A stretch of DNA of 64,000 nucleotides from assembly GCA_965240465.1 (NCBI GenBank), contig OZ251219.1, positions 864,001-928,000 of the forward strand, written 5' to 3'. The notes beneath the pieces were generated by a model that saw only the letters and a program-made list of their open reading frames with translations, was not told where the DNA came from and ran no database searches. The stretch comes from a bacterium. GTDB taxonomy: Bacteria; SAR324; JACQKK01. Every line of letters begins with the position of its first letter. Position 1 is the stretch's first letter. Below, in pieces: positions 58,536 to 64,000 of this stretch. Both the position numbers and the translations under genes were made by a program.

Positions 58536-58653
58536 TGATTGCCTCAGCGGTGATTTTGTGTTACTCTACCGTGTGCGGTCGGAATATATTGTAGGGGGAG
58601 TATCAGTGGTTCACTGCTAATCCTGATCGCCAATTCTAGTAAGGGGCAGAAAT

Positions 58654-60999
58654 ATGAACTGGAAAGCATCATTCTTAGGTAGTTTTGCTAACTTGCTTCA
58701 CCGAAGCTTGGGTTGGCTTTTGTTGGCAGGCTCCATGTTTCTTTTGGCACAATGCGGAGGTGGGAGTAGTAGCGGGAGCGGAACGGTTGCTAGTAGTAAT
58801 GATTGTAAAACTGAGGATGACGATGCAACGGGTTTGACAATTGTGGATACCAAGATTAGCTCTCAGAAGGCTGAAATCGGTGATAATCTAAGGGTTACAG
58901 TAACTGTAAGAAATCAGGGTACAGCTACTTCAGGCGGTGCTGGTAGCTCACAGATTGTCACCTTTTATCGTTCTTATAGTAAATTCATTAGTCCCAGAGA
59001 CGAAATGCTGAGTACAGCTCCCTTAGACGCCCTGGAACCCAATGCGGAAAGTAATCCCAGTTTTTCTTTCCCAGCCAGTTCGGGAGATAATTATTATGGT
59101 GCCTGTTTGGGGACCATCAATAGTTGCCAAATTGGGATAAAGGTTAGTGTTCCCCATCCCGATATATCCGGTAGCGATAGTTATACTGATACCTGCACGC
59201 TTTACAGGGTAGATAAAATTCCGATTACTACTTCAGCTTCAATAAATGCTAAGTCGCTGACCCTAGGCAATTCAGTTGAAATTGCGGATGAAGACGTCAA
59301 TCAAAACGAAGCAAAATACTATTTGCTACAATTAAATCAAAAAGGAATCCTGAGTGTCTGGACCACAGGTTCCGCGGACACGGTTGCCTTACTATTTGAT
59401 GGGAATTGCAATCCTGTTAATGGACATGACTATGCTGATAATGGAGGAATAGGTGGTGAAAATAACTCACAGATTTCAGCCACTGCAGAGGCGGGCTACT
59501 ATTTTGTAGTGGTTCATGAAAAGTTCCTCAAGGCAGCGACCTTCTCTGTCCGGTCCAGGCTTGCCTATCCTCCACAAGAAATTGGTGAAGACCGGCTGTA
59601 CCCAAAGCAATGGCACTTAAACAATCAGGATGACATTGATATCAATGCCCCCCAAGCTTGGGAAATTACGCGGGGATGTCCTAGTGTGCTGGTTGCTGTT
59701 CTTGATGGTGGGGTGGAAATTACACACCCAGATTTAGCCCCTAACCACGACGATCGCTATGACAATCCTGGTGTTGAGTATGATACAGCTCACGGAACTG
59801 CGGTAGCGGGTTTGGTCGCTGCGGTAGGCAATAATGGCATAGGCGTGAGCGGAGTAGCTCCAGAGGTTAGTTTTGTGTCACGATTTATCATTGGGTTTGG
59901 CAACACTCAGAATATAGCGGAAGCCCTTGTACGAGATAAAGAGCAAGTAGCCATTTCCAATAATAGTTGGAATAACAAGGGGTTTTACGGAGACTTTGAG
60001 TCAAATAATGAAATCCGTAGGACTGTCATTACAGAAGGAGTTACCAATGGATATGGTGGCAAGGGGATTTTCTACGCATTTTCAGGGGGAAATGGACATT
60101 TGTATGGTGATAATGCTAGCTACAGTACTCCTGAAAGATATTACAGTGTTGTTGCCATTTGTGCTGTCAATAAAAATGGTGAAAGATCCTCTTATTCTGA
60201 GAAAGGAGCCAACCTGTGGATTTGTGCCCCTTCTGGCGGCGTTCCGAATGGAGGACTTGTAACGACAAATATTTCAGGTAATTATACCAATAGTTTCGAT
60301 GGTACTTCTGGTGCAGCCCCGATAGTATCTGGGGTAGCTGCCTTGATGCGTTCTGCTAACCCAGAACTGGGCTGGAGGGATGTACGCCTTATCTTAGCGG
60401 CTACCGCCAAAAAAATTGGTAGCAAATCAGGATGGTTCCAAGGAGTAGCTAGCTACAATGGTAGCGATTATTTCGGAAATCCCTACCAACACAATCATGA
60501 ATATGGCTTCGGGCTTGTCAACGCCCAAGCTGCTGTCAGTCAATCTCTAAACTGGCATAATGTAGGCCAGATGGTGAAAACATCTTATAAATCTAAGGGT
60601 ATCCCGATGGCTAAACGGCAGGTCCGTTATGGAAACCAAAACGGGTTAAGCAGTGTCCTTAAGGTGACGGGCTTAAATGATACCCTGGACTTCATAGAAC
60701 ACGTTGACATTAAAATTAATATATATGGACTAAGCTACGGGGACTTACAGATAAATTTAACTTCTCCCGCCAATAAAACCAGTATTTTGGCAGAAGAGCA
60801 TACTTGTTATAATAGGGGTAATGATAGGTATTATGTCTGTCTTTTTAACAGACCTACCGATGCTTTCTTTGGTTCAGCCCGCCATTTGGGTGAGTCTCCC
60901 GATGGAGATTGGACATTGAAGGTCGTAGATAAGGTTCTCGGCAACACCAACAGGATTTATTACTGGGGTCTTAAGTTCTACGGGCATAAAAAACCGTGA
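58654..60999 (+). CDS. Kexin-like S8 protease lipoprotein (CARDB-PPC-S8-P)
   Basis: FLLAQC; triad VLDGG/HGTAV/GTSGAAP; P-domain; YGHKKP. Confidence 0.93.
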   Translation: MNWKASFLGSFANLLHRSLGWLLLAGSMFLLAQCGGGSSSGSGTVASSNDCKTEDDDATGLTIVDTKISSQKAEIGDNLRVTVTVRNQGTATSGGAGSSQIVTFYRSYSKFISPRDEMLSTAPLDALEPNAESNPSFSFPASSGDNYYGACLGTINSCQIGIKVSVPHPDISGSDSYTDTCTLYRVDKIPITTSASINAKSLTLGNSVEIADEDVNQNEAKYYLLQLNQKGILSVWTTGSADTVALLFDGNCNPVNGHDYADNGGIGGENNSQISATAEAGYYFVVVHEKFLKAATFSVRSRLAYPPQEIGEDRLYPKQWHLNNQDDIDINAPQAWEITRGCPSVLVAVLDGGVEITHPDLAPNHDDRYDNPGVEYDTAHGTAVAGLVAAVGNNGIGVSGVAPEVSFVSRFIIGFGNTQNIAEALVRDKEQVAISNNSWNNKGFYGDFESNNEIRRTVITEGVTNGYGGKGIFYAFSGGNGHLYGDNASYSTPERYYSVVAICAVNKNGERSSYSEKGANLWICAPSGGVPNGGLVTTNISGNYTNSFDGTSGAAPIVSGVAALMRSANPELGWRDVRLILAATAKKIGSKSGWFQGVASYNGSDYFGNPYQHNHEYGFGLVNAQAAVSQSLNWHNVGQMVKTSYKSKGIPMAKRQVRYGNQNGLSSVLKVTGLNDTLDFIEHVDIKINIYGLSYGDLQINLTSPANKTSILAEEHTCYNRGNDRYYVCLFNRPTDAFFGSARHLGESPDGDWTLKVVDKVLGNTNRIYYWGLKFYGHKKP

Positions 61000-61086
61000 T
61001 GAGTGCCTCAGCGGTGATTTTGTGTTACTCTGCCGTGTGCGGTTTTCTGGAATATTTTGATGGTTTTTTGGAGTAGGAGCTCGCAC

Positions 61087-62787
61087 ATGTATGTTTTTTT
61101 TAGAAATAAAGTAGATTGGCAAGGTTTTAGCTGGTTTTTGATGTCTGTGTCATTATTTGTCCTATATCAGTGTGCTGATGGCGGTATTGATAAGGGGAAA
61201 GAAGAAGATCCCTACTACAAATATCAATGGCATTTAAATGATCCCGTTAACGATGTTGATATCAATGCTCCCGAAGCTTGGAAGATCTCTGAAGGAGAAG
61301 GAATAACGGTAGCTGTTAATGATGACGGAACTATCGTTAATCATCCAGATTTGGCAGATAACCACAGACCAAAATTGAGTTTTAACTTTGTAACAAAAGG
61401 TATTGATCCAGATCTTCCTTGGAAGAGGGGTGCATCGGATCATGGAACGCTTGTGGCGGGCTTAATTATAGGGGTAAGCGGTAATGGCAAGGGAATCAGG
61501 GGGGTTGCCCCCAAGTCTAAATTTTTTGCTTTGAACATTCTAGAAGGAAAAGGCGTTGTGGACCAGGCACTATCATTTACTAAAAATTTTATTGTAGATG
61601 GAAAACCTAGTAATTATGCTGTTTCAAATAATAGCTGGGGACCTATCCCCGCAGGGGGATGGGGAACTTCTAATTTTGTTATTAATAGTGCATGGGAGGC
61701 AGGACTTAACGAAGGCTTTGGTGGGAAGGGGGTCTCTTATTTGTTTGCAGCCGGTAATGATCGTCATGTATCTTATAAAGATCCCATCTCTGATGCGGCT
61801 ACTTATTATAGATTTGATGATCTGAATTATGCTTGGTCAGGTAAGCACTACGGTGTTATGCAGATTTGTGCTATTAGTAGTTTTGGTAAGATATCTTTTT
61901 ATTCAACACCTGGGGCTACTTTGTGGGTTTGTGGACCATCTAGCGATAGCGGTCCTGATGGAAGCAAGCTCGGTTTGACAACAACAGATAAGCCTGGAGA
62001 AGAAGGGTATAATGCTGGAATACCTTCGCTGGCATACCCAGATTATCGTGATGCTGATTATACCAGTAACTTTGGTGGGACTTCTGGTGCTGCCCCGATT
62101 GTTTCTGGAGTGGTGGCTTTGATTAGATCTGCCAATAAGGAATTAACTTGGAGAGATGTGAAACTTATTTTAGCTGCAACATCTAGAAAAGTTGATCCTG
62201 CTCATAAAGGATGGTTTCTGGGAGTAGATAGTTATGATGGCACCAAATCTGGGTCAGAACGCTACTCTGGTAAGAAGTACAATCATAGTCATGATTATGG
62301 GTTTGGTCTTGCTGATGCTGGACGTGCTGTTAAGGTGGCCCAATCATGGCAAAGTATAGGGGCTGAGTTTATGAAAATAGCAGTGGGGGAAAATAATAAC
62401 ATCCTTGTGGGTGAGAGGAACATTTCGGATAATGATGTAACTGGTAGAATCTATGAACTAACGGTTTCTGATCCTAGAATTGATTTCATAGAATTTGTAA
62501 GTGTCAATGCTTGGTTTGAGGGTAATAGTGCTGGGGATTTACGGGTGGAATTAACTTCGCCGGCAGGAATGACTAGTGTTCTTGCCGAGCCGCATGCTTG
62601 TTTTTATGATGGAAGCCCAACCAGATGTTCGATTTCAGCAAATACTGAGTATGATTTTAGTTCTGCACGTCATCTTGGTGAAGACCCAAATGGAGTTTGG
62701 ACTTTGAGAGTGGTAGACGAGGTTGAAAACGATATTCACCAAATTTATGGCTGGATAATATCTGTTTATGGACATAAGAAGGACTAG
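61087..62787 (+). CDS. Kexin-like S8 protease lipoprotein, minimal (S8-P only)
   Basis: RBS AGGAG at 61075-61079 then ATG 61087; VLYQC followed ~12 aa later by DPYYKYQWHL; VNDDG/HGTLV/GTSGAAP; YGHKKD. Confidence 0.92.
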   Translation: MYVFFRNKVDWQGFSWFLMSVSLFVLYQCADGGIDKGKEEDPYYKYQWHLNDPVNDVDINAPEAWKISEGEGITVAVNDDGTIVNHPDLADNHRPKLSFNFVTKGIDPDLPWKRGASDHGTLVAGLIIGVSGNGKGIRGVAPKSKFFALNILEGKGVVDQALSFTKNFIVDGKPSNYAVSNNSWGPIPAGGWGTSNFVINSAWEAGLNEGFGGKGVSYLFAAGNDRHVSYKDPISDAATYYRFDDLNYAWSGKHYGVMQICAISSFGKISFYSTPGATLWVCGPSSDSGPDGSKLGLTTTDKPGEEGYNAGIPSLAYPDYRDADYTSNFGGTSGAAPIVSGVVALIRSANKELTWRDVKLILAATSRKVDPAHKGWFLGVDSYDGTKSGSERYSGKKYNHSHDYGFGLADAGRAVKVAQSWQSIGAEFMKIAVGENNNILVGERNISDNDVTGRIYELTVSDPRIDFIEFVSVNAWFEGNSAGDLRVELTSPAGMTSVLAEPHACFYDGSPTRCSISANTEYDFSSARHLGEDPNGVWTLRVVDEVENDIHQIYGWIISVYGHKKD

Positions 62788-62984
62788 ACCATAGTTTCTC
62801 CCCAGTAGGTTTTTTAGGGCGGCCTATTAAAATCCAGAGTTCTTATATTGGTGTTAGGATATCTGCCAGAGCAGTCTGAGTTGAGAAAATATTGTACTAT
62901 TTTTTCTATAAAGTGTTTACAAACGGTTGTCTTTACACTAGAAAGGATATATTTATATTGAAACGTAGCGAGAATTTGAATTAA

Positions 62985-64000
62985 GTGTATTTATTTCTTC
63001 CAAATAGAGTGTTTCAGCAAGGTTCTGGTTGGGTTTTGCTGTCTGCGTCGTTGTTTTTTCTTGCTCAGTGCGGTGGTGACGGAATATCTGAAGTGAATGA
63101 GGATGAGGATCCCTTGTATCGGTATCAATGGCACCTAAATGACCCCGATAACGATATTGATGTCAATGCTCCTGAAGCTTGGAAGATTACAGAAGGAGAA
63201 GGAATAATTGTAGGTGTTAATGATGACGGGGCTATAATTAATCATCCAGATCTGGAGGCTAACCACAGTAGTGGATTAAGTTATGACTATGTTAACAAAG
63301 ATATAGATCCGCATGCTCCTCAAATTAGTGGTGCCTCAGTGCATGGAACGGCTGTGTCAGGTTTGATTGTAGGAGTGAAAGATAATGATAAGGGAATCAG
63401 GGGGGTGGCCCCAAAGGCTAAATTCTTTGCTACGAACGGTCTAGAAGCCGGTAGATTGCTTGATGGCCTTACGATAAATTTGAGTAATACTCAGTATGCT
63501 GCTTCAAATAACAGCTGGGGTTCTGTTTTTGGGGGAACATTGAATTCTATCAGTGCTACGTATCATGAAGCATTTGATAATGGGGTTAAAAACGGATTTG
63601 GTGGAAAGGGTATTGTTTATTTATTTTCAAGCGGTAATGATCGTTACAGAAGATATAGGGATCCCGTGTCTAAAAAGGATGTTTATTATGTTTATGATAA
63701 TTCAAATTATAGTAACGCACTTAAGCACCCTGGTGTTTTTCCTATTTGTGCTGTTAATAGTTATGGTAAGGTTTCTTTTTACTCAGAACCCGGGGCTAAT
63801 TTACTTGTTTGTGGACCATCGGGCGATGGCGGTCCTGATAGAAGCAGAAGCAAGCGTTCTTTGACAACAACGGATAGGCCTGGAGTAGACGGGTATAATA
63901 GGGGGTCCAGTTCGAGTAATTATAAGAATTATAATTATACCAATACATTTAGTGGGACTTCTGGTTCGGCACCAATTGTGACTGGAGTGGTGGCTTTGAT
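62985..64000 (+). CDS. Kexin-like S8 protease lipoprotein, minimal; runs off window end
   Basis: Hand translation from GTG 62985: (M)YLFLPNRVFQQGSGWVLLSASLFFLAQCGGDGISEVNEDEDPLYRYQWHL...VGVNDDG...HGTAVSG...SGND...GTSGSAPIVTGVVAL; not in the ORF track. Confidence 0.9.
   Translation, partial: MYLFLPNRVFQQGSGWVLLSASLFFLAQCGGDGISEVNEDEDPLYRYQWHLNDPDNDIDVNAPEAWKITEGEGIIVGVNDDGAIINHPDLEANHSSGLSYDYVNKDIDPHAPQISGASVHGTAVSGLIVGVKDNDKGIRGVAPKAKFFATNGLEAGRLLDGLTINLSNTQYAASNNSWGSVFGGTLNSISATYHEAFDNGVKNGFGGKGIVYLFSSGNDRYRRYRDPVSKKDVYYVYDNSNYSNALKHPGVFPICAVNSYGKVSFYSEPGANLLVCGPSGDGGPDRSRSKRSLTTTDRPGVDGYNRGSSSSNYKNYNYTNTFSGTSGSAPIVTGVVAL

Noticed and set aside
63553-63864. 103-aa plus-strand ORF from the track
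   Set aside because: Out-of-frame overlap with the real S8 protease CDS starting at 62985

Overview
Bacterial chromosomal window with three parts. (1) 1-7406: housekeeping and repair genes: a partial recD2-like helicase, argS, an unusually long RadC/JAB protein, aroB and uvrC. (2) 7551-45524: a minus-strand tandem array of 15 paralogous lipoprotein genes (14 intact, 1 broken). Each has a signal peptide II, a variable Asp/Cys-rich Ca-binding (TSP3-like) stalk, GLUG-type repeats and a conserved C-terminal LLCxQ..DFVQC cap. Many have their own sigma70-like promoter or intrinsic terminator, and the genes are mosaics of one another. Embedded at ~12870-13532 is a ~580-660 nt element with no credible ORF, its own TTGACA-17-TACACT promoter and long-range, G-U-supported pairing: a candidate large structured ncRNA. 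(3) After tatA, a metallophosphatase and rpsU, 47837-64000 holds at least 7 kexin/furin-like (S8 + P-domain) probable lipoprotein proteases with no recognisable propeptide. They are accompanied by one stand-alone gene that looks like a trans-acting prodomain chaperone. Several tandem repeats sit in intergenic or promoter DNA. No CRISPR, transposase, reverse transcriptase, rRNA or tRNA was seen. All calls are by eye; no searches were run.
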